A stretch of 64,000 nucleotides of DNA, from assembly GCA_050014195.1 (NCBI GenBank), contig JBEKDT010000014.1, positions 1-64,000 on the forward strand, written 5' to 3'. The stretch's first letter is position 1; every line of letters starts with the position of its first letter. A model generated the notes under the pieces. It made no database searches. It was not told the origin of the DNA and saw only the letters and a program-made list of their open reading frames with translations. This DNA comes from Desulfomonilia bacterium. GTDB lineage: Bacteria; Desulfobacterota; Desulfomonilia; UBA1062. The position numbers were made by a program, and so were the translations under genes. Below, one piece after another: positions 39,122-47,679 of the stretch.

Positions 39122-40342
39122 ATGCTTACAACGCACTTGAGGCGTATGTCCCGGGAACTTAGGATTTTTATTGCAGCCTCACTGGCAATGGGCATGGCAT
39201 ACAGCATCATGGATGCGACGTTTAATAATTTCCTGAATGATCGGTTTGCCCTGAGCGGGTTCGAGCGATCTTTTCTCGAGATTCCCCGGGAGCTGCCGGG
39301 CGTTCTCGTGGTTTTTGCATCGGCCTTGCTCTGGTTTCTCTGCAGCCGCCGCCTGGCAGTGGTGGCCATGCTGCTGGGGGGTGCGGGCACCGCCCTTATC
39401 GGTTTTGCTTCACCCACCTATGTAGTCATGGTGCTCTGGTTGTTCGTCTACAGCCTGGGCCAGCACATCTTTTTGCCCCTGTCTTCCGCCATCGGGATGG
39501 AGCTTGCCAGGGAAGGCAAGACAGGACAGCGCCTGGGGCAATTGAATGCCATACGTAATCTCTCAGCCATTCTCGGGAGCTTCCTGGTCTTTATCGGATT
39601 CAAGTACCTCGGGTTCACCTTTCATCATACCTTTGCCATGTCCGCTGTGGCCTTTGTGGTGGCAGCCCTCCTCTTGATCATCATGAAGCCGGATAAAACG
39701 CAGCCGCCGGCGCTGCATCTGAAGCTCCATAAGGAATACTCTCTGTATTATGTCCTCTCAGTGCTCTATGGGTCACGCAAACAGCTGTTCCTTACGTTTG
39801 CGCCCTGGGTGCTGGTTACCGTATTTCATCAGCCGACACAGACCCTCGCCACGCTCCTGACCCTGGGCGGGGTGATCGGCATTGTGTTCCAGCCCCTGCT
39901 GGGCTGGGCGACCGACCGTTTGGGCGAGCGCTTTGTCCTGATGTCCGAGGCCGTGCTGCTGGTGTTCGTTTGCTCCGGTTATGGATTTGCCAGGTCCTTG
40001 TTTTCAGAGGACGTCGCGTTCCTCATCGCCTGCGGGTGCTTCCTGCTCGATCAGATGCTGATGTCGGTGAATATGGCCCGCGCCATGTATATGAAGAAGA
40101 TAGCCCTTCATGCCTCGCACGTCCAGCCTGCGCTCACCATGTCGGTGAGCATCGATCATATCTTCTCCATGACGGTTGCCTTGCTGGGCGGGCTCATTTG
40201 GAACCGCTTCGGCTTCCAGTATGTGTTTCTGCTCGGGGCCTTCATCGCACTCGGAAACTTCCTGGCTGCATGGCAGGTCCGCGTGCCGAAGCCAGCCGGA
40301 ATAATTGAAGAAGTATCCCCGGATCTTCTGCAGGGAGATTGA
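39122..40342 (+). CDS. MFS transporter
   Basis: About 12 hydrophobic segments, LEIPRELPG, LGWATDRLGER motif A-like. Confidence 0.85.
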   Translation: MLTTHLRRMSRELRIFIAASLAMGMAYSIMDATFNNFLNDRFALSGFERSFLEIPRELPGVLVVFASALLWFLCSRRLAVVAMLLGGAGTALIGFASPTYVVMVLWLFVYSLGQHIFLPLSSAIGMELAREGKTGQRLGQLNAIRNLSAILGSFLVFIGFKYLGFTFHHTFAMSAVAFVVAALLLIIMKPDKTQPPALHLKLHKEYSLYYVLSVLYGSRKQLFLTFAPWVLVTVFHQPTQTLATLLTLGGVIGIVFQPLLGWATDRLGERFVLMSEAVLLVFVCSGYGFARSLFSEDVAFLIACGCFLLDQMLMSVNMARAMYMKKIALHASHVQPALTMSVSIDHIFSMTVALLGGLIWNRFGFQYVFLLGAFIALGNFLAAWQVRVPKPAGIIEEVSPDLLQGD

Positions 40343-40431
40343 TACCAGGGTCGGCAGGGAGGAAGCAGGGTATACTCCGGGAAACTTTTGACCATGAATG
40401 CATCCTCGTTGGCCCCTGCCGGATTTTTTTA

Positions 40432-40498
40432 TTGCAATCTGAATCTTCAGGGATTATATTGACCTTAATAATAGGTCATATGACCTATATTTGAGGTC
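40432..40498 (+). promoter_or_regulatory. Sigma70 promoter with overlapping palindromic operator
   Basis: TTGCAA-N17-TATATT followed at once by two GACC-N9-GGTC boxes centred on the perfect palindrome ataggtcatatgacctat. Confidence 0.7.
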
Positions 40499-40504
40499 GG
40501 TAGG

Positions 40505-40834
40505 ATGCTTGAGTCTTTGCTTGGATCCATAAACAGGGAACGGGTTCTCCTTTTCCTTCATGCCAGAAACGAAGGATATGCGCGAGAGATCGCCAGGTTC
40601 TTCAAGACCGATCTCGACCCCATCCAGAAACAACTTGAAAGGCTGGAATTTGGCAATGTCATCTACAGCAGGAATGCCGGCAAAACAAGGGTATATTCTC
40701 TCAGCCCCCGTTACCCATTTCTGGCAGAACTGAAGGCCCTTCTTGATAAGGCATTATCCTTCTACTCTGCTGAGGAAAGGGAAGGTCTTGTCATGGTCAG
40801 GCAGAGACCAAGGAGGAAGGGTAAACCACTGTGA
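40505..40834 (+). CDS. Winged-helix (ArsR-like) DNA-binding protein, putative antitoxin/autoregulator
   Basis: GYAREIAR......IQKQL.RLE.G....S...G.TR.Y wHTH pattern; overlaps next gene (GTGA). Confidence 0.75.
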   Translation: MLESLLGSINRERVLLFLHARNEGYAREIARFFKTDLDPIQKQLERLEFGNVIYSRNAGKTRVYSLSPRYPFLAELKALLDKALSFYSAEEREGLVMVRQRPRRKGKPL

Positions 40835-41379
40835 AGCCGATCAGTGATATGACTCTTGGCGAGCTTGCAGCCTACGCATGCACGCATCTCAAGAGCAAAG
40901 GCATTAATGTAGTTCTTTCCGGCGGCGCCTGCGTGTCGATTTATACGACGAATCGATATCAATCATTTGACCTCGACTTCATAGAAAACATTGCTTCCGG
41001 CAGGAAGAAGATAAAAGAAGTACTACAAGAGATCGGATTCTCTGAGGAGCATCGTTACTTCAAACACCCTGAAACCGAATTCTTCATTGAGTTTCCGCCC
41101 GGCCCGCTTTCCATCGGCGATGAGCCCGTAATGGAAACCGTAACAAAAGAATTCTCCACAGGTCAGCTCCGGCTCATCTCCCCCACGGATTGCGTGAAGG
41201 ACAGACTTGCTGCGTATTACCACTGGAATGACAGACAGAGCCTCGATCAGGCGCTTCTTGTGGCAGAATCAAACGACATTGATCTTAAGGAGGTAGAGCG
41301 CTGGTCGGCCAAAGAGGGCAGGTCACGTGAGTTCTCGGCAGTGCGGGAACTGTTTGTTAAAAAACAGAAGTCAGAGTAG
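40831..41379 (+). CDS. Pol-beta-superfamily nucleotidyltransferase (AbiEii/DUF6036-like)
   Basis: VVLSGG.C...Y....Y.S.DLDF = GG plus DxD motif. Confidence 0.65.
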   Translation: MKPISDMTLGELAAYACTHLKSKGINVVLSGGACVSIYTTNRYQSFDLDFIENIASGRKKIKEVLQEIGFSEEHRYFKHPETEFFIEFPPGPLSIGDEPVMETVTKEFSTGQLRLISPTDCVKDRLAAYYHWNDRQSLDQALLVAESNDIDLKEVERWSAKEGRSREFSAVRELFVKKQKSE

Positions 41380-41600
41380 AGGTAGATTGAGAAGAGTGAC
41401 ACCAACCCCGGCAATGCGACCATGAGCCCTGCCCCTCGCAGCGGCTTAACCGGCGCCCAGCGCCTCAAGGCACGATGGGGCCCGGCCCTTCTATTGGCGC
41501 GCGGTGGGGTAATCGAGCACGGTCACAGGGATTAATCTATTTCGGCATCGCACAGACGGACAATAAATCTGTTCCCTCTTTCTCTTTAATACTTATGTAC

Positions 41601-41630
41601 CACGGGCAAGCCCTTCGGGCTTCGCCCGTG
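41601..41630. terminator. Strong hairpin between convergent genes (terminator or REP-like)
   Basis: cacgggcaagcc-cttcg-ggcttcgcccgtg stem-loop. Confidence 0.5.
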
Positions 41631-41695
41631 CCACCCATAAATATTGTTTCTTATCAATGCCACCCGACGGTCTGAATGCCATTGCAGGGCTAGGC

Positions 41696-42322
41696 CTATT
41701 CTGCTTCATGTTCTTTCCCCAATCGCTTAAGAATTAGGTCGCCCTGTTGATAGTAAACATCTGTTGGCTTTGGGATATCCTTTCTTGGCTTTTTTTCGTC
41801 TTTCAGAATTTCAAAACGCACATACCTACACAGCCTGAGTAATGCCAATGGGCCGCCATATTGGCGCCAATCAAAAGATGTACCATGCAAATCGGTAGTA
41901 TTAAGAGTAACAATGCCATGCACTTCAAAAGTACGATCACGGCAATCTGGGTCGATCGACCATTTCGGATCAAAAGGACTATGCGCAAAAGCGTTGCGGA
42001 TGAGGCGTGATATCTGGTAGGCAGCTTGGACACTGGAGTCATTTGAATTTTTAGGATCTTCCACTGCCGCCTTTATAGCGTCTTTCATTGCAACAGCCAT
42101 CAAGAAGGTGGCAGATCTATGCATATTCATGGCGGCGAAATCGGCTTGGTCTTTGCGTAAAGCAATTTCCTCATAGCTGACTTTGTGATTTCCATGGCTC
42201 CACTCAATTGGCAGATCAAGCGGTTGTTTTTCCATAGTCACAGCAAGACGGACAGCAGAAGCTAGCCTAAACTGTAGTTCAGCTGAGAAAAGACGACTGA
42301 TATGTTTTTTAATATCGTTCAT
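41696..42322 (-). CDS. Hypothetical protein with HEPN-like RxxxxH motif
   Basis: LIRNAFAH motif in a mostly helical 208-aa protein; visibly more AT-rich than its neighbours. Confidence 0.6.
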   Translation of the reverse strand: MNDIKKHISRLFSAELQFRLASAVRLAVTMEKQPLDLPIEWSHGNHKVSYEEIALRKDQADFAAMNMHRSATFLMAVAMKDAIKAAVEDPKNSNDSSVQAAYQISRLIRNAFAHSPFDPKWSIDPDCRDRTFEVHGIVTLNTTDLHGTSFDWRQYGGPLALLRLCRYVRFEILKDEKKPRKDIPKPTDVYYQQGDLILKRLGKEHEAE

Positions 42323-42577
42323 TATTTACTCTTTGTGCTCTAACAATTGCTATCCCAATTTTTTCGGTATAGCAAAATACATACTGACTCACATTGATGA
42401 TCCATGTACTCCGCTCGTTTGTCATGAAAGGTAGTGATCTATGGACCTCCTCATATATGCTTAGGTGCTGTGAAATCACAGGTGCAGATCATTCAATGCT
42501 TGAATTATAGCCTAATGTTCCATGGAAGTCCATGAATATCATTAGGAAGTTAAGGGCTTTCTTCTTTCCGGGAATAA

Positions 42578-42822
42578 CCGGATTCCCGCTTACGTAGGAA
42601 TGACAGATCTATACTTATTTACTCGCTGATTCAAGAATAGACCCATCCCCACCCTGGCCCTCCCCTTGAAGGGGAGGGAACTTTAATGTCTTGATATCCC
42701 TTGGAAGGAGAGGGAACTCTGGAACACTGTGCCTCCTCTCAAGGGAGGGGACAAAGGTCCAGGGAGCATGGTGAGGTAAACCTAAAGGTCGCCATGTCGC
42801 TTTCGGCCCCTCGCAATGACGG
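42578..42822. repeat. Cluster of short palindromic repeats of three types
   Basis: ggattcccgcttacgtaggaatgac; cccaccctggccctccccttgaaggggaggg plus two decayed copies; gtcgctttcggcccctcgcaatgac. Confidence 0.55.
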
Positions 42823-43044
42823 GTAAAGGTCATCATTTTAAGATGTACAACAACGTATTGCCGGTCATTTTTACCATGTATTTTGGTCCAAGATTATAAT
42901 CTTGGGCGACATGCAGGCCCCATATCCTTATTTTTAACCTACAGTGGGGCATTTTGTTTCCACTACGAATATATTCGGCATCAAGGTGGACACCTCTTGT
43001 TTCGCGCCAGGCACATTCATAGTACAATGAGGCAAGGAGTGAAT

Positions 43045-43923
43045 ATGAAAAGGAGCGATGTGGAATTTTACAGCATGGGGCTTAAGTGCTCGGCTTGGCT
43101 CTACCTGCCGGATGGAATTGAGAAGCCCCCCGTGGTTGTCATGGCACATGGGTTTGCAGGCCAGAAGGACTTCATGCTCCAGCCCTATGCCGAGTATTTC
43201 GCCGGCAAAGGCATGGCCTGCTTCGTGTTCGACTACCGCAACTTCGGCACGTCAGAGGGAGAACCGAGGAACCTGGTGAATCCCTGGAGGCACCTGAATG
43301 ACTGGAAGGCGGCGATCACCCATGTACGGTATCTTGACAGCGTCGATGGGAAGAGGATCGCCCTGTGGGGCACCTCCTTTTCAGGCGGGCATGTGATGGT
43401 GACGGCTGCAAGGCAAAATGGCATCAAGGCTGTGGTGGCCCAGGTGCCGTTTGTGGATGGCATTGCAACCACCATGCAGTTTTCTGTTCCCTATCAGATC
43501 GAGGGCCTCTATCACGGCCTCAAGGACCTTTTCAGCATGGTCAAGGGGGGTGCCCCGCACATGGTACCTGCAGTTGCGGAGCCCGGGACCTTTGCCTGCA
43601 TGAACACCCCTGATGCCATGCAGGGCTATTACACCCTCGTGCCCCCGGATTCTGATATGAAGAACGAGGTGCCGGCCAGGATCTTGCTCATGATATCGGC
43701 CTATAGGCCCATCATGTACGCGCGCAGGATCAAGAGCCCTGTGCTTCTCATGTATGCGAAGAACGACTCGCTCATCCCTGCCAGGGCCGTTGAGAAGATG
43801 GGCTCAAGGATACCGAATGCCGAGGTCATCGGCCTGGAGGCAAGCCACTTCGAGGTCTACACGGGTGAGCTTTTCAAACAGGTGGTGCAGAGGCAGGCGG
43901 AGTTTCTGGCAAGACATCTATAA
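43045..43923 (+). CDS. Alpha/beta hydrolase (X-Pro dipeptidyl-peptidase/esterase-like)
   Basis: MAHGF, FDYR.FG.S.GEPR, nucleophile elbow GTSFSG, D and H of the triad; RBS aaggag. Confidence 0.88.
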   Translation: MKRSDVEFYSMGLKCSAWLYLPDGIEKPPVVVMAHGFAGQKDFMLQPYAEYFAGKGMACFVFDYRNFGTSEGEPRNLVNPWRHLNDWKAAITHVRYLDSVDGKRIALWGTSFSGGHVMVTAARQNGIKAVVAQVPFVDGIATTMQFSVPYQIEGLYHGLKDLFSMVKGGAPHMVPAVAEPGTFACMNTPDAMQGYYTLVPPDSDMKNEVPARILLMISAYRPIMYARRIKSPVLLMYAKNDSLIPARAVEKMGSRIPNAEVIGLEASHFEVYTGELFKQVVQRQAEFLARHL

Positions 43924-43939
43924 TCAAGCAGGTGCCCGC

Positions 43940-43993
43940 TGTAGGAGCGCCTTCAGGTGCGAAATGGGAATCGCGGCTGAAGCCGCTCTTACA
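43940..43993. repeat. GTAG-type REP doublet
   Basis: tgtaggagcgccttcaggtgcga...tcgcggctgaagccgctcttaca; same family as 22993-23052. Confidence 0.75.
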
Positions 43994-44013
43994 ATATATT
44001 GATAGGAGGGATT

Positions 44014-44841
44014 ATGCCGGGAATCAAGGATTTCAGGGGAAAGGTAACTCTCATCACGGGCGCGGGGTCGGGCATCGGCAGGGCGACTGCACTGGCCTTT
44101 GCAGCCCAAGGGGCTGACCTGGTCATCGTGGACAAAGAGGAAGACCGCATTGCGGAAGCGGCCGGGGAGATCGAGGCCAGGGGGGCGCGTGTCCTGGCGC
44201 GGAAGGTGGACGTGTCCGATTGCACCCAGGTGGATGATCTTGCCAGGTTTGTGATAGCCGAGCGGGGCAGGGTGGATATACTCTACAACAATGCCGGCAT
44301 AGGTGTCGGGGGGAGCTTTGAATGCACAAGCCTTCAGGAGTGGGAGAGGATCTTTTCCATCAACTTCTGGGGTGTGCTTTACGGCATAAGGGCGTTTCTG
44401 CCCCATATGATCGAGCGCAGGTACGGCCACATCGTCAACACATCGAGCCTTGCAGGGCTGTGCGCCATCCCGGGGATGTCGGCCTACTGCTCCACCAAGT
44501 TCGCCGTGGCCGGTCTGGGCGAGGCACTCAGGGCAGAGGTGAGGAGGTACGGCATAGGGGTGAGCACCATATGCCCTGGTGTCATTAACACCCGTGTCGT
44601 GGCAGACGGGTGCATGAACCTCAGGGAGGAGTCCCGGGCCAACAGACAGGCTGTAGTGGAATTCTACAAGAAGTTCGGCTGGCCGCCGGAGCGCGTTGCC
44701 AGGGCCGTTCTGAGCGCAGTGCGTCATAACCGTTCCGTAGTGCCGGTGGGCCCCGAGTCATGGATCCAGTGGATCGGCAAGCGCCTCTCGCAAAAAGGTT
44801 ATGAAGCAGCGAGCGAGCTTGCAGGAAGATTTCTGATGTAA
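44014..44841 (+). CDS. Short-chain dehydrogenase/reductase
   Basis: TGAGSGIG, NNAG, SS, YCSTK; RBS ggaggg. Confidence 0.92.
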   Translation: MPGIKDFRGKVTLITGAGSGIGRATALAFAAQGADLVIVDKEEDRIAEAAGEIEARGARVLARKVDVSDCTQVDDLARFVIAERGRVDILYNNAGIGVGGSFECTSLQEWERIFSINFWGVLYGIRAFLPHMIERRYGHIVNTSSLAGLCAIPGMSAYCSTKFAVAGLGEALRAEVRRYGIGVSTICPGVINTRVVADGCMNLREESRANRQAVVEFYKKFGWPPERVARAVLSAVRHNRSVVPVGPESWIQWIGKRLSQKGYEAASELAGRFLM

Positions 44842-44888
44842 TCAAGTTCTCCGGTTAGGACAGACGTGACCATGCATAAGGGGGTATA

Positions 44889-47549
44889 ATGGAACATTTT
44901 AAAATGTATATCGGTGGGGACTTTGTTGAATCCGTGGGCGGGCGGACAAGAGAGGCTATAGACCCGGGTATCGGCCTGCCCTTTGCCACGTTCGCCTACG
45001 GCAATGCTGCGGATGCCCAGGCTGCAATCGACGTTGCGCGAAAGACCTTCGATTCGGGTGTGTGGAGCAATCTGGCCCAGGAAGAGCGCTCCCGGATCAT
45101 CATGGATTTTTCCGACCGGCTTACCAAATACATTGTCCGGATTGCATCATACGAGTCCATGGACTCAGGGGGGCTCATAAACAGGACCGGTGCGGAGGTG
45201 ATCGGCAATGCAATGACGGCGCGGAATCTCGCATGGTATGCCGCCCATGAATTCAAGTGGCATGAAGAAGTCCGCGTGCCGTGTTCCCTGGCAAGTCCCG
45301 GAAGAAATTACATCCGCAGGGAACCCGTCGGGGTGTGTGCAGGCATCATCCCGTGGAACTTCCCGTTCAATATGGCCATGTGGAAAATCCTTCATGCGAT
45401 AATCATGGGCAACACGATTGTATTAAAACCGGCAACCGACACGACGCTTTCCGCACTCATCCTTGCAGAAGTGATTGCGGAGAGCAGGATCCCCAAGGGT
45501 GTTGTGAATATCATAACAGGCCCGGGAAGCGAGGTCGGCCAGGCACTGTGCCTGAGCCCGAAGGTGGACAAGATCGCATTTACCGGGAGCACCGAGGTGG
45601 GCCGGCAGATCATGAAGATGGGGGCGGACACCATCAAGAAGGTGACCCTGGAGCTGGGCGGAAAATCCGCAAACATCATCTGCGAAGATGCCAAGATGGA
45701 CCTTGCCGTTGACGGCGGTCTGTTCGGTGCTTTCTTCCACACGGGCCAGATCTGCGAATCAGGCACAAGGCTCCTTGTTCATAGAAAAATATATGATGAG
45801 TACCTCGATCGTTTCTTGAAGAGGCTCTCACAGGTCAGGATCGGGTATCAGCTCGACCCTGCAACCCAGATGGGGCCCCTGGTAAATGAGATACAGCGGG
45901 CCACCACTGAGAAGTATGTCAAGATCGGGCTCGATGAAGGTGCCCAGATTGTATACGGCGGGAAAAGGCCGGAAGGCGATCAGTATGCATCGGGTTTCTA
46001 CTATATGCCGACCGTCTTTGTCGGTGTGGATAACAAGATGCGCATCGCACAGGAAGAGATCTTCGGACCTGTGGTGTGCATCATGCCGTTTGCCGATGAC
46101 GATGAGGCCGTGGCAAAAGCGAATGACTCCATTTACGGGCTCGGCGGAGGGGTATTCTCAAACGATATCGGCCGTGCAGAAAGGATAGCAGCACAGGTAA
46201 AGACCGGGACCATGTGGATCAATGACTACCATGCCTTTGCCGACATCATGCCCTTCGGCGGGTATAAGCAGTCCGGCATAGGCAGGGAATTCGGGGAATA
46301 CGGTCTTGGTGAATATACGCAGATAAAGAGGGTCCATATCTGTCCGTTATCCGACGGCATACAGAAATATACCTTCCCCATCATGTTCGATTATCAGCAG
46401 CCGGCACAGTCGTTTATGTTCGAAGGACCGACAAAGGTTGTGGGAGGCCCTGACAGTATCATTGCGCTGCAGTACGAGATATCCCGGCTTAATTGCCGGA
46501 GCGCCGTCATCATAACGGATAAGGGCATACGCGAAGCAGGTCTCTTGGACAAAGTTGAGAAGGCCATCGGCAACCTGTGTGTCGGAGTATTCGACGAGGT
46601 CGTGGAAGATTCGGGATACACGGTTGTGGACAAGGCCGTGGAGTTCTGCAGGAGAGTGAATGCCGACATCCTGGTGAGTCTTGGCGGCGGAAGCTCCATC
46701 GATACGGCAAAGGGTGTGGCCGTGACACTGACGAACGGCGGCAAGGCCATCGATAACGTCACGATCTATAAGCTTGTAGACCCTTTGATGCCGCACATTG
46801 CAATCCCCACCACCGCAGGCACCGGGAGCGAGGTGACCAATATCGCGGTCATAAAAAACGAGGAGATCGGCAGGAAATTCAATATCGCAGAGAACGTCAT
46901 CTATCCGAACGTAGCCATACTCGATCCACATCTGACCGTTAGCCTTCCGAAGATACTCACCGCAGCCACGGGCATGGACGCCCTCTCCCATGCCATAGAT
47001 GGGATGTGCTCCATCATGAGAAACACCATCTGCACAGGCCATGGTCTGAATGCCATCCGGCTGATCGCGAAGTACCTTCCCATCGTTGTGGAAAACGGCC
47101 ACGATGTTCACGCAAGGATGCAGATGCTGCTTGCAGCATCAACAGCCGGCTGGGCATTTTCCATCCCCTCGACCATACTCACGCATTCGCTTGCCCATGC
47201 CATCGGCGCTAAGTACAAGATCCACCATGGCACCCTGTGCGGCCTCTTCCTGCCGCATGTCATGCGGTTCAACCGGGACCACTGCACGGATGAGCTTGCT
47301 GAAATCGCTGAAGCCATGGGTGTCAAGGTTGAGGGAATGTCAAAACAGGATGCTGCATCTGCAGCCGCCGATGCCGTGGCTGACCTTGTCAAAAAGATAG
47401 GGCTGCCCACACGTTTGAGTGAGCTGGGCATAGCCGAGGCCGATATCGTCTTGATAGCATTGGACGCCATGACAGAGATACCCACACTCGCAAACCCGCG
47501 CAAGTGCACGGTTGAGCTTATAGACGGGGTTATCCGACAGGCATTCTAA
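44889..47549 (+). CDS. Fusion of non-acylating aldehyde dehydrogenase and iron-containing alcohol dehydrogenase
   Basis: ALDH: PWNFP, FTGST, LELGGKS, GQICESG, EEIFGPV, PFGGYKQSG. Fe-ADH: GGGS, PTTAGTGSE, DALSHA, H.LAH, HHG. Confidence 0.9.
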   Translation: MEHFKMYIGGDFVESVGGRTREAIDPGIGLPFATFAYGNAADAQAAIDVARKTFDSGVWSNLAQEERSRIIMDFSDRLTKYIVRIASYESMDSGGLINRTGAEVIGNAMTARNLAWYAAHEFKWHEEVRVPCSLASPGRNYIRREPVGVCAGIIPWNFPFNMAMWKILHAIIMGNTIVLKPATDTTLSALILAEVIAESRIPKGVVNIITGPGSEVGQALCLSPKVDKIAFTGSTEVGRQIMKMGADTIKKVTLELGGKSANIICEDAKMDLAVDGGLFGAFFHTGQICESGTRLLVHRKIYDEYLDRFLKRLSQVRIGYQLDPATQMGPLVNEIQRATTEKYVKIGLDEGAQIVYGGKRPEGDQYASGFYYMPTVFVGVDNKMRIAQEEIFGPVVCIMPFADDDEAVAKANDSIYGLGGGVFSNDIGRAERIAAQVKTGTMWINDYHAFADIMPFGGYKQSGIGREFGEYGLGEYTQIKRVHICPLSDGIQKYTFPIMFDYQQPAQSFMFEGPTKVVGGPDSIIALQYEISRLNCRSAVIITDKGIREAGLLDKVEKAIGNLCVGVFDEVVEDSGYTVVDKAVEFCRRVNADILVSLGGGSSIDTAKGVAVTLTNGGKAIDNVTIYKLVDPLMPHIAIPTTAGTGSEVTNIAVIKNEEIGRKFNIAENVIYPNVAILDPHLTVSLPKILTAATGMDALSHAIDGMCSIMRNTICTGHGLNAIRLIAKYLPIVVENGHDVHARMQMLLAASTAGWAFSIPSTILTHSLAHAIGAKYKIHHGTLCGLFLPHVMRFNRDHCTDELAEIAEAMGVKVEGMSKQDAASAAADAVADLVKKIGLPTRLSELGIAEADIVLIALDAMTEIPTLANPRKCTVELIDGVIRQAF

Positions 47550-47679
47550 GGGCAGAGGATTGTGCGGGCCCGGACCTTTCAATCAAATGAGTCCCCTTAA
47601 GCTTGCTGTGCGGGGTCTCATGAGGGCCGGGACTCTCTGCATGACCGGCCACAGGGCCCGGTCTTTCCCGGCACGGTGG

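Noticed and set aside
44889-47549. Calling this gene adhE
   Set aside because: The ALDH half has non-acylating family motifs.
47560-47675. Three gggccc/ggg-like direct repeats between convergent ALDH genes
   Set aside because: Short, degenerate and irregularly spaced; not a CRISPR array and no clear structure.
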